Source of the DNA: a virus
Taxonomy: Duplodnaviria; Caudoviricetes
Direction: 5' to 3' (one strand)
IMG/VR virus record: IMGVR_UViG_3300030202_001345
Location: 858 to 64,857 of that record
DNA: 64,000 bases
The translations under genes and the position numbers were made by a program. The number at the start of each line of letters is the position of its first letter. Position 1 is the stretch's first letter. Of this stretch, positions 40,965 through 49,669 are shown piece by piece. The notes below the pieces were generated by a model. The model was not told where the DNA came from. It saw nothing but the letters and a program-made list of their open reading frames with translations, and did not search any database.

Positions 40965-41315
40965 TTATACGTTATATTTATTGTCTTTAAATTTCGTGCC
41001 AGACAGCTGATAAGCTTGCGCTTCATAGCCTAGTTGTTTTGGATCACCTGACAAAGCTCTGGCGCTGTGTTTTGGTATTGTCTCACCTTTCCAATAAATA
41101 TTTTGATCGTCATAATCTAATTCACCGGATTTCATTTGAGCGACGTGGACACTCTCGTGCCCCTCAACTTCTTTATGAAACTTTGGATCTAGCTTGTCAT
41201 TAAGTATAATCACCTGATTTTTAAGTGATTCACCTAAAACCCCTGGACCTAAATCACGTTGATAAACGGGAGTTATATCCGACTCGTATGGTGGGTTATT
41301 TAGTTTAAATGCCAT
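40965..41315 (-). CDS. Small zincin-like metallopeptidase
   Basis: HESVH (HExxH) with downstream YEAQAY third ligand. Confidence 0.6.
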   Translation of the reverse strand: MAFKLNNPPYESDITPVYQRDLGPGVLGESLKNQVIILNDKLDPKFHKEVEGHESVHVAQMKSGELDYDDQNIYWKGETIPKHSARALSGDPKQLGYEAQAYQLSGTKFKDNKYNV

Positions 41316-41316
41316 G

Positions 41317-41475
41317 CTATTTTCTTTTAAATGGTATCATTCTATTTAAAGCTTGTTTTCTACTCTCACAACCACAAGGAATACCAAGTCCTTCTGATAA
41401 CATATTAACAGCAGCCTTAATACCTGTTGGTCTGGTTATTTTATTTTCTATAAAATCTCCTAAACCTTTGTCCAT
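41317..41475 (-). CDS. Small protein (KGLGD..TGIK..CGC..R..LN type), 52 aa
   Basis: Translated by hand as MDKGLGDFIENKITRPTGIKAAVNMLSEGLGIPCGCESRKQALNR. Confidence 0.6.
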   Translation of the reverse strand: MDKGLGDFIENKITRPTGIKAAVNMLSEGLGIPCGCESRKQALNRMIPFKRK

Positions 41476-41756
41476 TACGCTCCTTTTTTATCAGGGTTTT
41501 GATCTGAAACAATAGGCATGTCGTTAAAATATCTATTACTTGACATGTGTTTAGATATTTGACAACCACCCATCATGTTAACTCCCTTGCTATACATTCC
41601 AGCTGCTTCTGCTTTTTTACTCATAGCACCACTTATAAGTGTAGGTAGTACCTTAGCAGCAATAGCTCCTAATATTTTTGGCGCTCCAGGTTCACTTTTT
41701 TGGTGAGCTGGCCCGCAATGTTGTATGTGGCCTTTGCCACTTTTATCGTGTCCCAT
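41475..41756 (-). CDS. Small hypothetical protein
   Basis: 93-aa ORF; amphipathic ILGAIAAKVLPTLISG segment. Confidence 0.55.
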   Translation of the reverse strand: MGHDKSGKGHIQHCGPAHQKSEPGAPKILGAIAAKVLPTLISGAMSKKAEAAGMYSKGVNMMGGCQISKHMSSNRYFNDMPIVSDQNPDKKGA

Positions 41757-41767
41757 AATTTTAATTT

Positions 41768-42043
41768 TTAATGATGTTTTTTATCGTACTTTAAATCTCC
41801 AGCTAGTTTTGAAATATGTTTTTCATCAGCTGTCATTTTTTCATCGCTATGTCCATGATGATCATCATATAAAACATCTCTTTTAAGATAGTCCATATGA
41901 GCAGCATCATCTCTTTCAGCGGCTGCAACATTACAATCAGTTACATGTGTATGTCCGTGTTGATCGTATTTTGCGTAGTGTGGGTGATTACCCGTATATT
42001 TTCCATAGTGACCTTTTTCATGATCACAACAACCTTTTCCCAT
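41768..42043 (-). CDS. His/Asp-rich small protein
   Basis: 14 His and 3 Cys in 91 aa. Confidence 0.6.
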   Translation of the reverse strand: MGKGCCDHEKGHYGKYTGNHPHYAKYDQHGHTHVTDCNVAAAERDDAAHMDYLKRDVLYDDHHGHSDEKMTADEKHISKLAGDLKYDKKHH

Positions 42044-42053
42044 AATTATTAAT

Positions 42054-42410
42054 TTAGTTTGTTAATTTTGAAGCAGCTTTTTTTCCTATATTTTTAGCGG
42101 CTAATTTAGCATATGCTTTTGATAAAACCTTATAAGCGCCTTTACCACCTATTAAATCTATAGCACCGCCTCCTTGATTCATCATTGGATTACTTGGCCC
42201 AGTTATATTGTGAACAAACCTTTTGCCTAATGTACTAAAAAAACCTCCTACACCTCCACCTTCTTCAAACTGAGGAGTGTTAGCTACATGTTCTTTATAC
42301 GCTGACAGTCCTGGCATTTCAAAAATAACTTCCGTAGGTTTAACTTCAACACTACTGTTAGCAGAATCTCCAGACGAGTACATAACAGGTCCTTTCATTT
42401 TAAAAGCCAT
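42054..42410 (-). CDS. Small hypothetical protein (starts MAFKMKG)
   Basis: 118-aa ORF in the operon. Confidence 0.55.
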   Translation of the reverse strand: MAFKMKGPVMYSSGDSANSSVEVKPTEVIFEMPGLSAYKEHVANTPQFEEGGGVGGFFSTLGKRFVHNITGPSNPMMNQGGGAIDLIGGKGAYKVLSKAYAKLAAKNIGKKAASKLTN

Positions 42411-42544
42411 TACTTCTTTTTCTTAATTGGTTTACAATCAGGCACACGTCTATCACCTTTCTTTTTAAAAGTAGCTTTACCGTTTACTATATGAGTATAA
42501 CCAGTCCAGCAAGGAGTTTTTTTCTTTTTAATTTTATTAGCCAT
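42410..42544 (-). CDS. Small basic protein (PCWxGY..VPxC type), 44 aa
   Basis: MANKIKKKKTPCWTGYTHIVNGKATFKKKGDRRVPDCKPIKKKK; start/stop overlaps on both sides. Confidence 0.6.
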   Translation of the reverse strand: MANKIKKKKTPCWTGYTHIVNGKATFKKKGDRRVPDCKPIKKKK

Positions 42545-42837
42545 TACTTCTTTTTCTTTTTTACAACTTTACCATTATCATCGTACTCTAAAAACGGAGG
42601 TAATTTCTTTTTACCTTTTTCTTTACCATCCGACTTTTGCTTAGGTCCACCTTTAGATTTACAACCAAAATTATTAGCATAGTTAGCCATTTCAACTACA
42701 GATTTACTATAGTCATCTTTATTAGCCATGACCGCACTAGCGGCTGAACAGGTGTCTTTACCTTTCATATTCTTTTTCACCCACGCGGTGAACTTACCTT
42801 TATTTTTATCTTTTATTTCTGGGAATTGATTTGCCAT
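42544..42837 (-). CDS. Small basic protein
   Basis: IKDKNKGKFTAW...ANYANNF. Confidence 0.55.
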   Translation of the reverse strand: MANQFPEIKDKNKGKFTAWVKKNMKGKDTCSAASAVMANKDDYSKSVVEMANYANNFGCKSKGGPKQKSDGKEKGKKKLPPFLEYDDNGKVVKKKKK

Positions 42838-42840
42838 GAT

Positions 42841-43107
42841 TTACCATTTTACTTTGTTAGCCCAATATGCTGCACTAAATACTCCTTTAGCAATATTCTT
42901 AGCGTGTCTAGCTTTAAAGCTTTTACGTCTTGCTTTTGACTTAGCGTCTTTCTTTTTACCAGCAGTGCTTACACCTTGCTGGCCAAATCTAATTATCTTC
43001 TCTTTACCACCTTTACAAGCCTTAACTATATGAGACTTTGTTTTGTGGCCGGATGTTTTCTTGGGCTTATTACATGCCAGATCTGATTTCTTAAATTTGT
43101 TTGCCAT
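42841..43107 (-). CDS. Small basic protein (KIIRFGQQG..RKSFKARH..YWA type)
   Basis: Likely start MANKFKK at 43107. Confidence 0.6.
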   Translation of the reverse strand: MANKFKKSDLACNKPKKTSGHKTKSHIVKACKGGKEKIIRFGQQGVSTAGKKKDAKSKARRKSFKARHAKNIAKGVFSAAYWANKVKW

Positions 43108-43108
43108 T

Positions 43109-43534
43109 TTATAAATTACAATATTCAGCTTGAACATCAAAGCAAGGACAGGATTTAGCCGCAAACTCGTTGTGACCATGTATCGTTGCTTTTGGATGTA
43201 GCTTTTTTAATATTCTTAATAGTTCTAATAGCGTTGCTATTTGTTCAGATGTTCTAGTGTCTTTAGCTATCCACTTACCATTAGAACCTCTTTCAGCCTC
43301 AACACCACCAATATAGCAAATACCTATACTGCCTTTATTGTGGCCTTTTACGTGAGCACCTGTTTCTGTTATAGGTCTACCATATTCTATCATACCGTCT
43401 AAACCTATTACATAATGGTAACCAATACCTCGCCACCCTCTGGCTTTGTGCCATTCATCTATTGTAGCTGCAGATATTTCTTTACCTTCTTGTGTAGCAG
43501 AGCAATGTATAATGATTTTGTTTACATCTCTCAT
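43109..43534 (-). CDS. N-acetylmuramoyl-L-alanine amidase (T7-lysozyme-like endolysin)
   Basis: IIIHCSAT, GWRGIGYHYVI, GAHVKGHN, GICYIGG, HGHNEF..KSCP. Confidence 0.93.
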   Translation of the reverse strand: MRDVNKIIIHCSATQEGKEISAATIDEWHKARGWRGIGYHYVIGLDGMIEYGRPITETGAHVKGHNKGSIGICYIGGVEAERGSNGKWIAKDTRTSEQIATLLELLRILKKLHPKATIHGHNEFAAKSCPCFDVQAEYCNL

Positions 43535-43749
43535 TAACCCATCTTAGCGATAGTAGTAATAGGTCCAGCTATATACTTACTAGGGTATTTAGATACTTGC
43601 ATACCTGTTATACCTGCACTCCAACCTGGAGCGTGTAATCTACCGTGCTGGTCTAGTGGTCCGTCCCATATATAAGATTCACCTACTATACCTACTTTTC
43701 CTTTACCGTGCATTTCTGCGTGTGGATCGTTTTTATAATGATTTGCCAT
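43534..43749 (-). CDS. Hypothetical protein
   Basis: 71-aa ORF in the operon. Confidence 0.5.
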   Translation of the reverse strand: MANHYKNDPHAEMHGKGKVGIVGESYIWDGPLDQHGRLHAPGWSAGITGMQVSKYPSKYIAGPITTIAKMG

Positions 43750-43760
43750 AATTTTAATTT

Positions 43761-44567
43761 TTATTTATAAAATAATTTGCTTGCTAACTCTGATATTGAT
43801 CTTGTTTTAAATAATTCTCCTGCAGCATTTTTATTCATTATGTCTTGCATTCCTGGAGATACATCAAACGTATTGTTAGCAGCTTTAGCAGCGGTTTTTG
43901 GCACTGGGCCTGACAACGCGCTTTTAACAACGTCTTTTCTTTTTTGTGTTGCTAAACCAGTTCTATCTTCTTTTTTCAAATGACCTTGATTTGTTTTAGC
44001 AGCTTTGTAATCTTGAAGAGCACTAAATTTTTTATACCTTTTTTCTAATCTAGCAACCTGCGCATGACGACCTTGACTTTTAGCTTTGTCAATTTTACTC
44101 TCAAAACTTTGATCTGTTCTTTTACCTAGCAAAGCACCTGGTTTAAATAATTTAGCTGCTTGATCAAACAATCCTTTTTCCTCACCTTGGTCTTGCTTAG
44201 AGTTGTCCATTCCGCTAGGTGTAAAGTAATCAACACTAGGAGTTGATGATCCGCCCGTTGCCGTGCTGTTTACAGGTGAAACACCAGCATAGTTACTAGG
44301 CATTACGCTAACTGGTGCAACAGTGTTAGTTAAAGACGGTTTGCTAGTTTGCCTTGGCATTGCCACTTGTTGATATTGGCTAGAGTCGGTTTGTTTTAAT
44401 TCAACCGGTGCAACCATCATTGCGCCTTGTGGATTTCCATATATAGAATCTGCTGTTCCTTGAGCACCAGCACTAAAATTATTATTATCTGCGCCTAAGC
44501 TATAAGGATCTGCCTCCATACTCGTTTGCCTGAAGCCTTTCTTTTTTAAGTTACATTTATGTGGCAT
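43761..44567 (-). CDS. Low-complexity hypothetical protein
   Basis: 268-aa ORF. Confidence 0.55.
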   Translation of the reverse strand: MPHKCNLKKKGFRQTSMEADPYSLGADNNNFSAGAQGTADSIYGNPQGAMMVAPVELKQTDSSQYQQVAMPRQTSKPSLTNTVAPVSVMPSNYAGVSPVNSTATGGSSTPSVDYFTPSGMDNSKQDQGEEKGLFDQAAKLFKPGALLGKRTDQSFESKIDKAKSQGRHAQVARLEKRYKKFSALQDYKAAKTNQGHLKKEDRTGLATQKRKDVVKSALSGPVPKTAAKAANNTFDVSPGMQDIMNKNAAGELFKTRSISELASKLFYK

Positions 44568-44569
44568 AG

Positions 44570-45088
44570 TTATCTTTTTATTGAGTTGTTTCTTTGTTCT
44601 TCTGTACCGTAAATAGATTGCATAGTAAGTCCAGCTTGCGGGCCAAAAGTGCTAAACGATGGTCTTTTGTATGCTCGATGTTGTCCAGGCATACCTGTGT
44701 TAACTGGAGCTGTTGCTTCTGGTAGTGGTGCTGGATTAGGCGGAGGTGTTATACCTTCAGCCACAGCGTCTTCGCTGCCACCGCCTTGTAATTCCTGTAT
44801 ATCAGCTTCTATGTTAGAAACTCTTTCACCTAATCCACTAATATTGTCATTAACACCTTGCATACCTTGAGTTTGTTGCAAGGCTTTTCTTTTATTAATT
44901 TCATTTGTAAACAATGAGCTCAATTTTCTACCAGCCCCTCTGCTTAAAAGCGAATTGTTCATACCACTTAAACCATCAACATGGCCTTGGAGTTGGTCCA
45001 TAGAAAGACTAGTTAAGTCTCTACTAGCTTTTCTAGCTCGCGAAAAATTGACTACGCTGCCTGCAAGGCTACCACTTCCTGATCCCAT
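44570..45088 (-). CDS. Hypothetical protein with coiled coil and Pro-rich linker
   Basis: 172-aa ORF. Confidence 0.55.
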   Translation of the reverse strand: MGSGSGSLAGSVVNFSRARKASRDLTSLSMDQLQGHVDGLSGMNNSLLSRGAGRKLSSLFTNEINKRKALQQTQGMQGVNDNISGLGERVSNIEADIQELQGGGSEDAVAEGITPPPNPAPLPEATAPVNTGMPGQHRAYKRPSFSTFGPQAGLTMQSIYGTEEQRNNSIKR

Positions 45089-45091
45089 AGT

Positions 45092-45538
45092 TTATCTGTT
45101 TTTATCTTTATTTACGTTATATATAGATGTTATCATAACCTTGTCTATATATCTTTTACCTTTCATTATAGGGTTTCTTTTTTCACTTGTAGGTATATCC
45201 TCTAACCCAAGCATAATACGGTACACTCTTTTAATTAACTGCTTACACTTAAATGAAACTTTATAAATGTTGTATTTCTGAGTTGTTCGATTATTATGTC
45301 TAAAGACTTTTATCCAATCATCATTCAGCAACTTGTTCCAGCGTCTATTGTTCCAGCTAAAAGAGTATGTACCTATTTCAAAATCATGCCTGGTGAACAT
45401 GTCTAAACAATCGAGATATATCAAGAGTTCAAACTCTGCATCTGTTAAATTATAACTTTTGCACGCCCACTTTCGTATTATTCTATAATGTTTTAATAAA
45501 TTTAATTCTTTTAAATTATCCGGCTCTAATCTTCTCAT
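45092..45538 (-). CDS. Putative winged-helix (MarR-like) protein
   Basis: YNLTDAEFELLIYL..KLLNDDWIKV..YKVS pattern. Confidence 0.45.
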   Translation of the reverse strand: MRRLEPDNLKELNLLKHYRIIRKWACKSYNLTDAEFELLIYLDCLDMFTRHDFEIGTYSFSWNNRRWNKLLNDDWIKVFRHNNRTTQKYNIYKVSFKCKQLIKRVYRIMLGLEDIPTSEKRNPIMKGKRYIDKVMITSIYNVNKDKNR

Positions 45539-45801
45539 ATCACAATCACTACATCAGTATCTTTTACAATGCAATAATTTTCTCCATTTATATCTATTTT
45601 GTGATTAGCGCTTTTATCGTAGAATATTTCATCATTTTCTTTAATACCACAAACCACATCTCCTACACTTATAACTAAACCTTTATGGTATCTTATATCT
45701 ACCCTTTGTTGTTTAGCTAAAAGCAAACCACCTTTAGTTTTTTCTGTACCTTGTTTTTCTGGTTGTATTAAAATGTTTCTACCTATTGCTTTCATCTCCA
45801 A
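45535..45801 (-). CDS. groES: Co-chaperonin GroES
   Basis: KAIGRNILI, TKGGLLL mobile loop, GLVISVG, VKDTDVV. Confidence 0.9.
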   Translation of the reverse strand: MEMKAIGRNILIQPEKQGTEKTKGGLLLAKQQRVDIRYHKGLVISVGDVVCGIKENDEIFYDKSANHKIDINGENYCIVKDTDVVIVI

Positions 45802-47332
45802 TTCTTAAATTGTTAATTACACAATCTGTAGATAATATGGTAGTTGCAACTGATGCAGCGTTTTTTAAAGCGCTTTTAGTTACAAGCAAAGGATCTACTA
45901 TACCTTCGTTTATCATATTTACTTCATCACCGGTTATTACATTTATACCTGTGCCATTACCTTTTGGCTTATTGTAGTCAACTAAACCAGCGTTTTCTAA
46001 TATAGTAGTAAAGGGATATGTTAAAGCTTTTAATAAAGCCATATGCCCTTCTGATTTTTTTACTACAAAAAGAGAAGCGTCATATAAAGCAACACCACCT
46101 CCTGCAACTATACCTTCTTTAACAGCTGCTTTTGTAGCACAAATAGCATCTTCTATTCTATCACTTTTTTCTTTTAACTCTACTTCTGAGTTGGCTCCAA
46201 CTTTGACAACAGCCACTTTAGCGGAGAGACGAGCAAGGCGTTTTTCCAACTGAATGATTTCACCTGGGCTACCAGCTTCTTCCAATTGTTTTTTAACTTC
46301 TTTAACCAGCTCTTGAACCTCGCTATTAGATGTATCAACTTGTATAATAGTCTCGTTATCATTTGTACTGCTTTTTATACATTGTCCTAAATGCTCTTGT
46401 TGTATAATAGTTAAATCATCACCTAGCTCTTCATTTATAACCGTAGCTCCAGTTAATATTGAAAGATCACTAAGTGTGTCTTTTTTATTAATACCATAAG
46501 TAGGAGCATTAACAACGTTAATTTTTATATTTCCTTTTACTTTATTCATTGCAAGCGCTGAAACTACTGGTGGTTCTAAATCACCTATAATAAGTAGTGG
46601 CTTGTTATTTTTTATTACAAACTCTAAAACACTTTGTATTTGTCTAATAGTGTTTACTGGTGATTCAATAATTAACACCCAAGGGTTTTCTAACTCAGCA
46701 ACTCTTTTTTCTTTACTAGTAATAAAGTTATCATTTACAAGGCCTTTACCATACTGAACACCATCTACAATTTCTACGCTAGTTTCATTGTGTGTAGTTG
46801 GTTCCATTATAACAACTCCTGTTTCATTTACAGCTTTAAAAGCTTTACCTATTATTTTACCTAACTTTATATCGTTGTTAGTTGATATTGTAGCAACTTG
46901 ATCAATAATATCTCCAGATACTTTTATAGCGTTATCTTCTAAATATTCTATAACTTGATCAACAGCATCGTTAATACCTTCTTTTATTTCTCTTACACTA
47001 GCTTGTTTTTTACTAGCTTCGTGTAATATAGCGTGCGCTAGCACTGTTGCTGTTGTTGTTCCATCACCTGCTTCTTGCACTGTTTGTTTAGCAGCTTGCT
47101 TTAGCAGTGTAGCACCCATGTTTTCTACAGGGTCTAATAAAACAATAGACTCTGCAACAGTTACACCGTCTTTTGTTATAATAGGTTTTCCGTTTTGATT
47201 CTCCAGTATAACACACTGGCCGCTAGCCCCAAGAGTGGAGCTAACAGCTTTAGTGAGTTTATCTATACCGTTGAATATCTTTTCCTTGGCTTGATCACCA
47301 AAGTTAAGATTTTTTACAATCTTATCTGACAT
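45779..47332 (-). CDS. groEL: Chaperonin GroEL
   Basis: ITKDGVTVA, AGDGTTTATVLA, EDAICATKAAVKEGIVAGGG, GIVDP..VTKSAL. Confidence 0.97.
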   Translation of the reverse strand: MSDKIVKNLNFGDQAKEKIFNGIDKLTKAVSSTLGASGQCVILENQNGKPIITKDGVTVAESIVLLDPVENMGATLLKQAAKQTVQEAGDGTTTATVLAHAILHEASKKQASVREIKEGINDAVDQVIEYLEDNAIKVSGDIIDQVATISTNNDIKLGKIIGKAFKAVNETGVVIMEPTTHNETSVEIVDGVQYGKGLVNDNFITSKEKRVAELENPWVLIIESPVNTIRQIQSVLEFVIKNNKPLLIIGDLEPPVVSALAMNKVKGNIKINVVNAPTYGINKKDTLSDLSILTGATVINEELGDDLTIIQQEHLGQCIKSSTNDNETIIQVDTSNSEVQELVKEVKKQLEEAGSPGEIIQLEKRLARLSAKVAVVKVGANSEVELKEKSDRIEDAICATKAAVKEGIVAGGGVALYDASLFVVKKSEGHMALLKALTYPFTTILENAGLVDYNKPKGNGTGINVITGDEVNMINEGIVDPLLVTKSALKNAASVATTILSTDCVINNLRIGDESNR

Positions 47333-47358
47333 AATTTAATTAGATTTTATTTAATTTA

Positions 47359-47649
47359 CTATTCAAAGGTTTTAACTACTTTAGGTCCTTTTATAAAGTC
47401 GAGTTTTTTAGTATAATGCTCTATGCTACCGTCTATAGCAGCTTCAGCACTTTCTAATGTTTCTCGTCTTGTAACATCAATCCAAGTATCTTCTAAATCT
47501 TTATACTCAGTTTGATAAAACCCATTAGGTAGTTGAACAATTCTCCAATTCTTTTTTTCGACAAGGTGTTTCCAAAAGTCTTTGGTTTCCTCGGATACCT
47601 GTGGGTTGGAGTTACCCCAGGTATTGGTCTTATAATAAAAATAAGTCAT
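47359..47649 (-). CDS. Hypothetical protein
   Basis: NWRIVQLPNGFYQTE; first gene after the promoter at 47711. Confidence 0.6.
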   Translation of the reverse strand: MTYFYYKTNTWGNSNPQVSEETKDFWKHLVEKKNWRIVQLPNGFYQTEYKDLEDTWIDVTRRETLESAEAAIDGSIEHYTKKLDFIKGPKVVKTFE

Positions 47650-47705
47650 CGGTTTTGGTTTTTAATTAAACTTTGGTTATGCGCTCTAACCGAGCAGGTA
47701 TACTC

Positions 47706-47735
47706 TTATCATCACTTGTTTTAAAGTATTTTTAC
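47706..47735 (-). promoter_or_regulatory. Putative class-2 promoter GTAAAA-N14-GTGAT
   Basis: Intergenic; matches three other copies. Confidence 0.5.
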
Positions 47736-47736
47736 T

Positions 47737-49653
47737 TTACGACACTCTTATTTTAAGATCACCGTTATTATGATACAACCCAAATAATGGTACTCCGCCG
47801 GCGTTAGCTGCTGAATCACTTGAATAGTTGTTATATTTACCTACGCTAGGCATGATTATGTGTCCTTCGTCGTTTGTACCAGTTCTGTTTGTTATTATTA
47901 AAGCATCTCTTCTATTACCACTAGTTGTAGAAGCACCTACTATTAAAGCACACTGTAAACCACTTTTTGAGTATTGACTGTTTGTGTAATCATTATTTTC
48001 TCCTAGTATAACACAATCATCTCCAGTACCTGTATTGAAACTGGTAGATTGAACTAAGTTTTTACCTATTAGTATTTTTTGATTTTTTTGAGAAGTGTTA
48101 TTAAAACCTATTAATATTGTTTTATTAGTAAGTGTTGGTCCACTAGTTCCGGGTATACCAGTTACATTTCCGTTACCTATTGAAAAGTTGTTACCAGTAT
48201 TACTACCATATACACTATTACTAGAACCTACAATAAAGTTTAAAGTTCCTCTATTAGTATTTCCTCTACCAGCTATTAAGCATATTTGAGATGTACTACC
48301 TGTAGTACTTGTGGTATTTGCGTTATTGTTAGATCCGCTAATAATTGAATTGTTATTACTACCAGAGTGATTATTACCTACATATAAACTATTACTTCCT
48401 CCACCAGACATAGCTGTTCCTACTAATCCTACCGCCGAAGAACCGCTGTTTATTGTTATGTTGTTTCCAATAGCAAAACAACCTTTAGTGCTATCAAAAT
48501 TTGAAGTATGATTATTACCTATTATAAGTAGTTCTTTTCCTCGTATGGGAGAATATGTAATAGCACCACCGCCAGACACCTCGTCACCGTTGGCTCTACC
48601 TACAATTATACTATCTATTGTATCTACATAGTTTGCATTACCCGCGACTATTGATGAATCAAAAACAGAAACATTAGGAGTGCCTTCATTTGTAAAAGAT
48701 CCATCACCAATAACTCTATTGTTAGATCCAACCACCAAACCTCTATCCGCACCTGAATAAACATAGTTATTATAACCACCAACAATCATACTTTCTATAG
48801 CTCCTTTTGAGTTTGGCCTCATTTGATTGTTTCTACCTACTATGAATGACGACTTAGTGTTGTTAGTAGAATCAGTGGTACCTTGACTACTATTATTCCA
48901 GCCAAACATAGCTGTACCATAATAGTTTATATTATTTGAACTAGAGTTGTTTTTTATCTCGTTGTTAAAACCACCAACTAAGGCGTTACTACCACTTTCT
49001 ATTTCATTGTTAGCTCCAAATACAGAACTATTATTACCACTAATTTTTAAACCAGATCCAGCTACTAAAACATTTGTAGCGTTACCAGTTGTTTGATTGT
49101 TTATACCGCTATAGGTACTTCTAATTACGCTATGATTAATACTGTGATTTTGACCAACCACAGCTGAATTTATTATAGCCCCAGGTGATGTTAGTGTATT
49201 CGTAGTGCCAACTAATATAGATGAAACGTTGCTACCATCAACTTCGTTACCTTGACCTACAACTAACATTTTATCACCTGTGAGCGTATTGTTAAAACCT
49301 ACTATACCTAGGTTTGAAGAACCGGAATCACCTATATTGTTTTCTGATCCAATAGAGAATGAAGATCCAAAGAAAGAAGTACTGTAAGTATTTATTACTG
49401 TATCAGCAACTGGCTCATAAGGCCATACTTCTAACCTTGGTGTTATTCTTGTTATATAGTGATTGTTTTGTGGTAGTATTTTTACACCTTCAACTACACC
49501 AGAATAACCAGTTGCATTAGCAAAACCACCTATCGTTATAAGATTATCATCTACCTCACCTTTAAACGTATAAGTAGATAGGGTACTATTTTGTTCTGGA
49601 TACACTAACAGTGATCCGTAAACATTTGAATTGTTTAATAATCCTATTGCCAT
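47737..49653 (-). CDS. Tail fibre/receptor-binding protein with YadA-like GxxN beta-roll repeats
   Basis: Dozens of (S/A)xxxGxxN repeats; C-terminal DSAANAGGVPLFGLY module. Confidence 0.7.
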   Translation of the reverse strand: MAIGLLNNSNVYGSLLVYPEQNSTLSTYTFKGEVDDNLITIGGFANATGYSGVVEGVKILPQNNHYITRITPRLEVWPYEPVADTVINTYSTSFFGSSFSIGSENNIGDSGSSNLGIVGFNNTLTGDKMLVVGQGNEVDGSNVSSILVGTTNTLTSPGAIINSAVVGQNHSINHSVIRSTYSGINNQTTGNATNVLVAGSGLKISGNNSSVFGANNEIESGSNALVGGFNNEIKNNSSSNNINYYGTAMFGWNNSSQGTTDSTNNTKSSFIVGRNNQMRPNSKGAIESMIVGGYNNYVYSGADRGLVVGSNNRVIGDGSFTNEGTPNVSVFDSSIVAGNANYVDTIDSIIVGRANGDEVSGGGAITYSPIRGKELLIIGNNHTSNFDSTKGCFAIGNNITINSGSSAVGLVGTAMSGGGSNSLYVGNNHSGSNNNSIISGSNNNANTTSTTGSTSQICLIAGRGNTNRGTLNFIVGSSNSVYGSNTGNNFSIGNGNVTGIPGTSGPTLTNKTILIGFNNTSQKNQKILIGKNLVQSTSFNTGTGDDCVILGENNDYTNSQYSKSGLQCALIVGASTTSGNRRDALIITNRTGTNDEGHIIMPSVGKYNNYSSDSAANAGGVPLFGLYHNNGDLKIRVS

Positions 49654-49669
49654 ATAATTAAATTAGTTT

